The notes beneath the pieces are model-generated. The model saw only the letters and a program-made list of their open reading frames with translations. It had not been told where the DNA came from and made no database searches. From contig JACOMY010000015.1 in NCBI GenBank assembly GCA_014324045.1, forward strand, positions 2,336 through 66,335: a stretch of 64,000 bases of DNA, read 5' to 3'. Each line of letters opens with the position of its first letter. The first letter of the stretch is position 1. Positions 56,141 through 64,000 of this stretch are shown in pieces. Position numbers and translations under genes: made by a program. Source of the DNA: Rhodospirillales bacterium (GTDB lineage: Bacteria > Pseudomonadota > Alphaproteobacteria > Kiloniellales > JACOMY01).

Positions 56141-59100
56141 GTCCTCCCGGAGCAAACGACGGCGGTCCTTTCGGCTGGGCGATTCGTCACGCCCGACTGG
56201 TGATCGCCATCCTCTGCTTCTTGTTGCTGGCCGGCTCGATCGCCTATCGGCAGATCCCGAAGGAAGCCGATCCGGACATCAACATCCCCAACATCTATGT
56301 CTCCATGAGCCTCGAAGGCATCTCTCCGGAGGATGCCGAGCGCCTGCTGATAAAACCCATGGAGCAGCAGTTGACCGGCATCGAAGGCGTGAAGGAGGTC
56401 GCGTCGACTGCCTATCAGGGTGGCGCCAACGTGCTGTTGGAGTTCCAGGCCGGTTTCGATGCAGACCAGGCCTTGCTGGACGTGCGCGAGAAAGTCGATC
56501 TGGCCAGGCCCGAACTGCCCGAGGACGCCGACGAGCCGATCGTGCAAGAGATCAACCTCAGCCTCTTCCCCGTAGTCATCGTGATCCTGTCCGGCCAGGT
56601 CTCGGAACGCACGCTGGTCAACACCGCGGAGATCCTGAAAGACCGGATCGAGAGCCTGCCCGACGTTCTGGAAGTGCAGATCGGCGGCGACCGCGAGGAT
56701 GTGGTCGAACTGATCGCCGATCCCTTGCATCTCGACACCTACGACCTTGAGATCCTGGAGCTTGCCAGCGAATTCGTCCGCGGCAACCAACTGGTGGCGG
56801 CCGGATCGCTGGATACCGGCGCCGGCCGCTTTCCGGTCAAGGTGCCGGGCCTGATCGAGACCTACGACGAACTGATATCCATGCCGGTGAAGACCAACGG
56901 TTCCTCCGTCGTCACCCTCGGCGATCTGGTGCGCGTCCAACGCACCTACAAAGACCCGACCACCTTCGCCCGGGTCAATGGCGAACCGGCGGTGACCCTT
57001 GAGGTCTCGAAACGCATCGGCGCCAACATTATCCAGACCATCGAGGGCGTCCGCAGCATCTTGGGCGAGGCCAAACCCAACCTGCCTGAGGGCATAAACG
57101 TCTCGATTAGCCAAGACAAGTCCTCCGACATCCGACGCATGCTGAACGACCTGCAAAACAACGTCCTCTCGGCCGTGGTGCTGGTCATGATCGTGGTCGT
57201 CGGGGTGTTGGGGATCCGCTCCGGTCTGCTGGTAGGCGTTGCCATTCCCGGCTCCTTCCTCACCGGCATTCTGGTGCTGGCCGCCGCCGGACTGACCGTT
57301 AATGTCGTGGTGCTGTTCAGCCTGATCATGGCCACCGGCATGCTGGTCGACGGCGCTATCATCGTCGTGGAGTATGCCGAGCGACGCATGCGGGAAGGAG
57401 CGACCCGCGCCCGCGCCTTTGCCGAGGCGGCCCGGCGCATGTGCTCGCCGATCGTTACCGCCACCGCGACGACCCTGTCGGCCTTTCTGCCTCTGGTGTT
57501 CTGGCCCGGCGTGGTCGGCGAGTTCATGAAGTATTTGCCCATCACCTTGCTGGCCACGCTCTCGGCCTCGCTGCTCATGGCGCTGATCTTCGTGCCTACC
57601 CTGGGTGCGTCCCTGGGCCGCCGCGAGACCGGGAGCAGCCCGCTTGCGGATGTCGACGAGACCGAGGCCAACCGGCAAGCGGATCTCGCCAAGCAACGCG
57701 GAGCGATCAAAACCTACCTCGGCGTACTCTCTTTCTGCTTGAAGCACCCTTTCAAGATCGTGCTGGCAGGCTTGGCGATTCTGATCGGCGTGCAGGTGCT
57801 CTACGGCACCTATGGGCGTGGCGTGGAGTTCTTCCCCGATATCGAACCCGACAACACCGCATTGCAGATCCACGCACGCGGCAATCTTTCCATCTGGGAA
57901 CGCGACGCCTTGGTGCGGGAGGTCGAATCCAGGGTCTTCGACATTCAGCGCGAGTACGGCGAGTTTCATAGTATCTACGGCTTTTCGCAAGCCTCCTCCG
58001 GAACCCGCGGCGACGAGGCTGAGGACATCATCGGCTACGTCCGCCTGGAGTTCGTCGATTGGTTCAAGCGCCGCCCGGCGGACGCAATCATCGAGGACAT
58101 ACGCGCCCGAACGGCGGATCTGGCCGGCATCCAGGTTGAGCCGCGCAAGGAGGAAGCCGGCCCGCCGGTCGGCAAGCCGGTGCAGCTTCGGATCTCCGCC
58201 TTGAACCCGACTCAGCTGGCGCCGATGGCAGACAAGATCATAGCCGCCATGGAGCGGGTCGGCGGCTTCGTCGACATCGAAGACGGCAAGTCGGCCCCCG
58301 GCATCGAATGGGTTCTGGACATCGACCGCGAAGAGGCTGCCAAATACGATGCCGACATCGCCCTGGTCGGCGCCTACGTGCGGATGCTGACCAATGGCAT
58401 GGCGGTCACCAACTATCGCCCCTTCTGGGCTAGCGACGAGGTCGAGGTTCTGCTGCGCCTCCCGGAGCACTACCGCAACCTCTCACACATGGACAGCATC
58501 CGCATCGAGACGCCGGCCGGCAGCATACCGCTGTCCAAGTTCGCGACGCGCAAGCCGCAGCCCAAGGTCTCGCTGCTGAAACGCGTCGACGGCTACCGCA
58601 CCATCACGGTGAAGGCCGATGTCGGCACGGATCCGGCCACGGGCGAGCCCTATCTGGTCGCCGACAAGGTGGCGGCGCTGGCCGCCGAGCTGGCGATCGA
58701 GACGCCGCCGCAAGGGGTCTTCATCGATTTCAGCGGCGAGCATGAAGAGCAAGCCGAGGCCCAGGCCTTCCTGATGCAAGCCTTCATGGCGGCGCTCTTC
58801 CTGATCGCCATCGTCCTCCTGGCACAGTTCAACTCCTTCTTCTCGGTCTTCCTGATCCTGACCTCGATCGTCATGTCGACCATCGGCGTCTTCATCGGCC
58901 TATTGGTCACCGATCGGCCCTTCGGCATCGTCATGTGCGGTATCGGCGTAATCGCGCTGGCCGGTATCGTGGTGAACAACAACATCGTCCTGATCGACAC
59001 CTTCGACAAGCTGGCCGCTCTGGGCGACGGCAGCCGCGAGAGCCGCCGCGACGCCATCCTGCGCACCGGCGCCCAACGCTTGCGTCCGGTAATCCTGACC

Positions 59101-59460
59101 ACCGTCACCACCGTGTTGGGTCTGATGCCCATGGTATTGTCGATGAACATCGACTTCTTCACCCGCAACGTCTCGATCGGCGCGCCGTCCACGCAGTGGT
59201 GGACACAGCTGGCCACGGCAATCGCCTTCGGTCTGATCTTTGCAACCTTGCTGACCCTCCTCTTCACGCCCTCGGCGCTGATGGTCCGCGAGAACCTGCG
59301 TGACTGGCGCAGCCGCCGCCAGGCACGCCGCCGGCTGCGCAAGATAGGCATCTACGGTAACGACCCCGACGAGGAATTGCCCGACTGGCCGGAACTGCAC
59401 CCGGACAGCAACCTGGCCCTGCCGGATCCCAGCCACGGCCCGCGGCCGGCGGCCGAGTAG
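56137..59460 (+). CDS. Efflux RND transporter permease (AcrB/AcrD/AcrF family)
   Basis: 1107 aa with 12-TM architecture and two large periplasmic loops. Typical FLPLVFWPG...ATL.ASL..ALIFVP segments. Confidence 0.9.
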   Translation: MSPPGANDGGPFGWAIRHARLVIAILCFLLLAGSIAYRQIPKEADPDINIPNIYVSMSLEGISPEDAERLLIKPMEQQLTGIEGVKEVASTAYQGGANVLLEFQAGFDADQALLDVREKVDLARPELPEDADEPIVQEINLSLFPVVIVILSGQVSERTLVNTAEILKDRIESLPDVLEVQIGGDREDVVELIADPLHLDTYDLEILELASEFVRGNQLVAAGSLDTGAGRFPVKVPGLIETYDELISMPVKTNGSSVVTLGDLVRVQRTYKDPTTFARVNGEPAVTLEVSKRIGANIIQTIEGVRSILGEAKPNLPEGINVSISQDKSSDIRRMLNDLQNNVLSAVVLVMIVVVGVLGIRSGLLVGVAIPGSFLTGILVLAAAGLTVNVVVLFSLIMATGMLVDGAIIVVEYAERRMREGATRARAFAEAARRMCSPIVTATATTLSAFLPLVFWPGVVGEFMKYLPITLLATLSASLLMALIFVPTLGASLGRRETGSSPLADVDETEANRQADLAKQRGAIKTYLGVLSFCLKHPFKIVLAGLAILIGVQVLYGTYGRGVEFFPDIEPDNTALQIHARGNLSIWERDALVREVESRVFDIQREYGEFHSIYGFSQASSGTRGDEAEDIIGYVRLEFVDWFKRRPADAIIEDIRARTADLAGIQVEPRKEEAGPPVGKPVQLRISALNPTQLAPMADKIIAAMERVGGFVDIEDGKSAPGIEWVLDIDREEAAKYDADIALVGAYVRMLTNGMAVTNYRPFWASDEVEVLLRLPEHYRNLSHMDSIRIETPAGSIPLSKFATRKPQPKVSLLKRVDGYRTITVKADVGTDPATGEPYLVADKVAALAAELAIETPPQGVFIDFSGEHEEQAEAQAFLMQAFMAALFLIAIVLLAQFNSFFSVFLILTSIVMSTIGVFIGLLVTDRPFGIVMCGIGVIALAGIVVNNNIVLIDTFDKLAALGDGSRESRRDAILRTGAQRLRPVILTTVTTVLGLMPMVLSMNIDFFTRNVSIGAPSTQWWTQLATAIAFGLIFATLLTLLFTPSALMVRENLRDWRSRRQARRRLRKIGIYGNDPDEELPDWPELHPDSNLALPDPSHGPRPAAE

Positions 59461-59461
59461 C

Positions 59462-60082
59462 CTAAGCCCGTCCGAAGGCGCGCCAGGCCGCAAGAACGCG
59501 CCCCAAGGTGGTGATTGCGCAGAGGCCGGCGAAGACCCAAGCCAGGATCGGGAAGAGTGTAGGGAAGAGCAGGCAGACGGCGAAAAAGAGAATGGTCTCG
59601 GTTCCCTCCGCCAGCCCGCCCAGGTAATAGAAGCTCTTGCGGCCTTGGCGCACGTGCGGATCGCTCCGCTTGGCCGCCAGGATGGCGTAGGCCAAGAAGG
59701 TGGTCCCGGTGCCAGCAAAGCTGAGCAGCAAGAACAGCCCCGGCAGCATCGCCTGCGAATCGGCCAGAGCAAAGGCCACCGCCAAGGCGTTGTAGACAAT
59801 GAAGTCGCAAACGATGTCCAGGTAGCCGCCGAAGACGGTCATGCCCCTGATGCGTGCAACTGCCCCGTCCAGCCCGTCGGCCAGGCGATTACCGGCCAAC
59901 AGCCCCAGACCCAGCCAGTAGTGACCCAAGGCAACCGCCAAGCAGCCCAGGAGACCCAGCAGAAAGCCGACCAGGGTAATCGCATTGGCTTGCGCCCCGA
60001 GAGCCACCAAATGGCGTGCACTGCGCTCCAGTGGCGGGTCGATCAGGGGCCGCAGCCGGGCATCCAGCATCGGGATCTCCAA
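59462..60082 (-). CDS. CDP-alcohol phosphatidyltransferase family protein
   Basis: DGLDGAVAR...GGYLDIVCDFIVY matches D-G-x2-A-R...G-x3-D-x3-D. Confidence 0.8.
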   Translation of the reverse strand: MEIPMLDARLRPLIDPPLERSARHLVALGAQANAITLVGFLLGLLGCLAVALGHYWLGLGLLAGNRLADGLDGAVARIRGMTVFGGYLDIVCDFIVYNALAVAFALADSQAMLPGLFLLLSFAGTGTTFLAYAILAAKRSDPHVRQGRKSFYYLGGLAEGTETILFFAVCLLFPTLFPILAWVFAGLCAITTLGRVLAAWRAFGRA

Positions 60083-60156
60083 GTCCAGACGGTCCGGTCC
60101 AGCATGCGTATAGCCCGGAGGTCCAGACTACTCACACTCCCGTTAGCGGTGCCTGC

Positions 60157-62010
60157 TCACTGGATTGTCGGGAGGAGGAAGACCTGCCCCGGGTAGATCA
60201 GATCGGGGTCGCGGATCTGATCTTCGTTCGCGGCATAAATCGCATGATAGAGAATGCCGCGGCCATAGCTGCGGCGGGCAATTACCCAGAGCGAATTGCC
60301 GGGCTGAACCACCACGAAGTTTTCATTGTCCGGTACTATTGGAGGAGCAATCCGGACGAAGGGCGTCTCCACCCGTGCCAAGACCTTGCCTGCAGAATCG
60401 ACCCAGTCGGCCCGCAGACTGTGAAGCCCCGGTGCAACGGTCGCGTCGGGTACATAGACCCACTGTCCGGCAGGGTCGGCCTTAATGCGTCCGAAGAACT
60501 CGTTGTCGAGATAGACCTGGATAAGGCCGCCCGGCGGCGCCTGCCCCGAGATGCGCATCCGGCCTTCCAGATCGTAGTCGACCGCCAGAATCCGCAAGGC
60601 ACCGCTCTCCAGTTGGGTCCGGCCAGGCGCCTGCACCACCCTGGTGGGGGCCGCCGGCGCATCTGCCTTGGGCGCTAGGACCACGAGAGGCTCCTTTGGC
60701 GCATTGGATTGGTTCGGCGCATCGGATTGGGGCGCACCCGCCCAGATCTGCGATTGCTGATTGGGTACATAGACCACCAGGGCGTCACGCGCCTCCAGGA
60801 TTCTGCCGTCGCCCGTGTAAGCTACCAGCTGCAAGGTGCGGCTGCCCGGACGCAACGGGAGTTCGGGGATCATCACCCAGTTGCCGTCGAAGTCGGCCGC
60901 CGCTTCTCCGATCTTCCCTTTGTCGTCGCTCAAGACCACCCTGGACTCCGGCGGCGCCCGGCCAGCGATAACCGCGGAGCCGTCCGGCTCGACCCGCACG
61001 ATAGAGAAAGTCGGCTGCTCCGCCTTCTCCCGCGGCCGTTCGGACTTGGCCTTCCGATTTTCCCTTACTTCGGCCTCCCCAACCTTCTTGTCGGCAAAGA
61101 GTGCAAGCTCCGTCGCGGCTTTAGGCTTCTCTTCCTCCGCTTTTGTCTTTGCGGCTTCCTTCCCGGACACGGCTGTGCGGGCAGACCCCGATTCTTCGGT
61201 TGCGCTATCGTCAGCAACTGCAGCAACGCGAGACGTCGCGGCCGGCTCAGGTTCGGCGATCTGTAGCGCCGAAGACGAAGACCCCACCTCGACAGGCTCG
61301 CGCGCCGCCGTTTCCGACTGGTCAGACTGGGCTTCGGCGGACTGGGTCCGGGGCGGCTCGCCGGAAGCGTTCTGCGCGCTCGATGCCTCCTTGGCAGCGG
61401 GCACATCGTCGTGCGGTGCCGCCTTCGGCACTGCGGCGACGGCCTGAACCTCCACCTTCGTTTCCCCGGAGGCGAAGAGCCTGTCGTCGAGGGTTCCTGC
61501 GGAGACGTCCTGTTCCCAAGCGCCAAGCGGCACGATCGTTAAGGGCGTGGGCGCTGCTGCCGTTTCCGGCGTTTCTGCGGCTGCATGTCCGGATCCTGCA
61601 TCCGTAGCCCTTTGGGTTGTTTGGTCTTCATCATCTTCCTCTGCGACATGAACAGTCGAAGCGCCATCCTGATCAACATAGTCGGATTCATTCTCATGCT
61701 CCTCCTTCGCATAGGCGGGATTCTCGTCCCCCCCTTCCGCAGCGGTGTCGGACTGTGCCTCGGCAGCCTCGCTCGGCACTGCCGTGAGATCCGTCGTGAC
61801 AATCGCCGTCTCCCTGCTATCGCTGTCGGCGGCGGGCTCTTGCCGGGCGATCTCTTGTCTTGCACTCTTGCCACTATCGGCGGATGCCGTTTCCGTCTCG
61901 TTGCCTTGCGTGGCGACAGGCGTCGGCGACGCCTCCCGCTCAGTTCTGAAGATATAGAAGCCGGCACCTATCAAGCCGGCCAACAACAAAGCAGCAAGCA
62001 AACTTCGCAA
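60157..62010 (-). CDS. LysM peptidoglycan-binding domain protein with N-terminal membrane anchor and long acidic low-complexity region
   Basis: C-terminal VVQPGNSLWVIARRSYG.GILYHAIYAANEDQIRDPDLIYPGQVFLLP is a LysM domain. N-terminal TM LLAALLLAGLIGAGFYIF. Confidence 0.75.
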   Translation of the reverse strand: MRSLLAALLLAGLIGAGFYIFRTEREASPTPVATQGNETETASADSGKSARQEIARQEPAADSDSRETAIVTTDLTAVPSEAAEAQSDTAAEGGDENPAYAKEEHENESDYVDQDGASTVHVAEEDDEDQTTQRATDAGSGHAAAETPETAAAPTPLTIVPLGAWEQDVSAGTLDDRLFASGETKVEVQAVAAVPKAAPHDDVPAAKEASSAQNASGEPPRTQSAEAQSDQSETAAREPVEVGSSSSALQIAEPEPAATSRVAAVADDSATEESGSARTAVSGKEAAKTKAEEEKPKAATELALFADKKVGEAEVRENRKAKSERPREKAEQPTFSIVRVEPDGSAVIAGRAPPESRVVLSDDKGKIGEAAADFDGNWVMIPELPLRPGSRTLQLVAYTGDGRILEARDALVVYVPNQQSQIWAGAPQSDAPNQSNAPKEPLVVLAPKADAPAAPTRVVQAPGRTQLESGALRILAVDYDLEGRMRISGQAPPGGLIQVYLDNEFFGRIKADPAGQWVYVPDATVAPGLHSLRADWVDSAGKVLARVETPFVRIAPPIVPDNENFVVVQPGNSLWVIARRSYGRGILYHAIYAANEDQIRDPDLIYPGQVFLLPTIQ

Positions 62011-62316
62011 GATCGAGGGCTTTCCCTTACAGCCAGCCTAGACATGGGTATCGGTGCCCAATCTGCGCGATTTCACGACCACCATGGGTGGCACCGCCAG
62101 ATCACGGACACTCGGTAGAGAATGACTTGTACCTTTGTTGCATGCAGTGCAAGGATTTTCGAGCTTGGACCAACGCCACAAACCACGATGGCAGCTAGTA
62201 AAATCTTTATTGTCGAAAAGTCCTGTGTATCTGCGTGGACCGCTTTCCTCTGCATTTCCCTGCGGTCCGGATCCGGGATGCCGCGCCGTAATCCTCAAGG
62301 AGTCATGACTGTTAGA

Positions 62317-62679
62317 TCACTCACAGGAAAAATTCGGCTTACGGTAACCGTCAACAATGTAATCATTACCCTGTTTTATGGCCGCAAGTGTGTAAATGCA
62401 GCTGTTTGAGTAGGGCACGTAGCTGGTGCTGCTAGTATAAGCGGTATAGGAGCTACCCATCCCATATAGCGTGGTCGTGGATGGCGTATAGAGAGCGGTG
62501 TAACCGCTTCTATCGATACGCCATTGAAAGGCTCTTCGGTCTCAGCCTAGGTCCACCTCATTTATGGGCGGTCCATAGTCCAGAATTGGCTCCCGGATCG
62601 ACTTGCCGATATAGTCTGCCATGATCTGGCTGGCGCAGCCCGCGACAAAGACGGCCAATACGAGAACAATCCCCTTCAT
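62317..62679 (-). pseudogene. Lipoprotein gene interrupted by an in-frame TGA (62542-62544)
   Basis: Hand translation: MKGIVLVLAVFVAGCASQIMADYIGKSIREPILDYGPPINEVDLG*DRRAFQWRIDRSGYTALYTPSTTTLYGMGSSYTAYTSSTSYVPYSNSCIYTLAAIKQGNDYIVDGYRKPNFSCE*. Low-GC patch. Confidence 0.5.
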
Positions 62680-62969
62680 TCTTCGATCTCACCAAATGCC
62701 CGTAATCTCTTTCCGGGTCGTGTTAGCAGGACGGGCAGACCGGCCGGAGTATCTCGCTGCGGCTCTGACCGCCGAAAGGCGCGCGTCGTGTAGCTTTGGA
62801 GGGCCAGGATGTCTAGATAAGGCATCTCGACCCGGTTTTATACCACCTGGATCGAACCTGATGCAGAGCAAAGCAGCTTCGATCTTGCACTGCAGCAAAA
62901 GGCTGCTAATGTCCGGCTGGCGCGAGGCTGCGGCTGCCGGACTGGGAAAACTTGGGCAAGGACTGCAAA

Positions 62970-64000
62970 ATGGCGAAGATCGAAGTTAAGAATCCGATCG
63001 TGGAACTCGACGGCGACGAGATGACCCGGATCATCTGGACCATGATCAAGGAGAAGCTGATCTTCCCGTACCTCGACGTCAACCTCGACTATTACGATCT
63101 CGGCATCGAGCATCGCGACGCCACCGACGATCAGGTGACGGTCGAGGCCGCCAATGCCATCAAGCAGCACGGCGTCGGCGTCAAATGTGCCACCATTACC
63201 CCCGACGAAGCCCGTGTCGAGGAGTTCGGGCTGAAGCGCATGTACCGCTCGCCCAACGGCACCATCCGCAACATCCTGGGCGGCACCATTTTCCGCGAGC
63301 CTATCATCTGCTCCAACGTGCCGCGCCTGGTGCCGGGCTGGACCCAGCCGATCATCGTCGGCCGTCACGCCTTCGGCGACCAGTATCGGGCCACCGACTT
63401 CGTCGTGCCCGGCAAGGGAGATCTCACCGTCACCTTCAAGGGCGAGGACGGCCGGACCATTGAGCGCAAGATCTACAACTTCCCCGGCAGCGGCGTGGCC
63501 TTGTCGATGTACAACCTCGACAGTTCGATCAAGGATTTCGCGCGCGCCTGCATGAACTACGGCCTGCAGCGCGGCGTACCGGTTTACCTCTCGACCAAGA
63601 ACACCATTCTCAAGGCCTACGACGGCCGATTCAAGGACCTCTTCCAAGAGGTCTTCGATCGAGAGTATGCTGAGCCTTTCAAGCAGGCCGGCATTACCTA
63701 CGAACATCGCCTGATCGACGACATGGTGGCCTGCGCGATGAAATGGTCCGGCGGCTATGTCTGGGCCTGTAAGAACTACGACGGCGACGTACAATCCGAT
63801 ACTGTCGCCCAAGGCTTCGGCTCCCTGGGCCTGATGACCTCGGTGTTGATGACTCCGGACGGGAACACGATCGAGGCCGAGGCCGCGCACGGCACCGTCA
63901 CCAGGCACTATCGCGAGCATCGCAAGGGCAAGGCGACTTCGACCAACCCCATCGCCTCGATCTTCGCCTGGACCCGGGCTCTCACCTTCCGCGCCCGCCA
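62970..64000 (+). CDS. icd: NADP-dependent isocitrate dehydrogenase (dimeric, eukaryote-like type), 3'-truncated by window end
   Basis: Hand translation: [36 protein letters not shown]...[15 protein letters not shown]...[19 protein letters not shown]...GRHAFGDQY. The ORF is open to the window end, so it is absent from the ORF track. Confidence 0.9.
   Translation, partial: MAKIEVKNPIVELDGDEMTRIIWTMIKEKLIFPYLDVNLDYYDLGIEHRDATDDQVTVEAANAIKQHGVGVKCATITPDEARVEEFGLKRMYRSPNGTIRNILGGTIFREPIICSNVPRLVPGWTQPIIVGRHAFGDQYRATDFVVPGKGDLTVTFKGEDGRTIERKIYNFPGSGVALSMYNLDSSIKDFARACMNYGLQRGVPVYLSTKNTILKAYDGRFKDLFQEVFDREYAEPFKQAGITYEHRLIDDMVACAMKWSGGYVWACKNYDGDVQSDTVAQGFGSLGLMTSVLMTPDGNTIEAEAAHGTVTRHYREHRKGKATSTNPIASIFAWTRALTFRAR

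Noticed and set aside
62542-62544. In-frame TGA in the lipoprotein ORF read as selenocysteine, and the TAA at 14486 read as programmed readthrough.
   Set aside because: The codon sits in a non-catalytic, non-conserved-looking context (DLG_DRR). I saw no obvious SECIS-like stem-loop just downstream. A simple nonsense mutation or a sequencing error is more parsimonious.

Overview
High-GC (alphaproteobacterium-like, inferred from gene content) chromosomal segment. The left ~18 kb is accessory and defence-like. The remaining ~46 kb is ordinary core metabolism. Accessory part: yciB is followed by a Type II-like R-M pair (Mrr-like REase plus SPPF-motif MTase). This pair sits between two diverged ~0.4-kb direct repeats that duplicate the yciB-3'/mod-5' junction. 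A complete Type III R-M system (mod, res) follows; the mod central region is visibly AT-richer than the rest of the gene. From 8.5 to 17.9 kb lies a mosaic island with these parts: two small lipoprotein genes translationally coupled to a secreted SNase-type nuclease; a tandemly duplicated ~1.5-kb unit encoding ParB/Srx-like proteins, associated with pentapeptide-repeat (PRP) genes (two intact, two remnants); a GNAT-like gene broken by an in-frame TAA; and low-GC hypothetical genes. The island also carries four copies of a 16-bp palindrome (GCGGACCATGGTCCGC) and a ~100-nt leader shared by three unrelated ORFs. Core part: frmB-frmA, GlxA/AraC regulator, ribF, a DUF1989-GcvT fusion, xpaC-like/telA, and glcD-glcE-(PA-rich membrane protein)-glcF. 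It continues with a DUF938 methyltransferase, gcvH-gcvP (no adjacent gcvT), sdaA, an MscS-family channel, fabF-like KAS II, an IS transposase remnant, mnmA, aspS and rnd. It ends with the large NAD-GDH, a histidine phosphatase, padR-MFP-RND efflux, a CDP-alcohol phosphatidyltransferase, a LysM protein, a lipoprotein gene with an in-frame TGA, and the 5' part of icd. No rRNA, tRNA or CRISPR was recognised. The most novel candidate is the ParB-like + pentapeptide-repeat cassette with its island-specific palindromes. All functional calls rest on motif recognition by eye; no searches were run.
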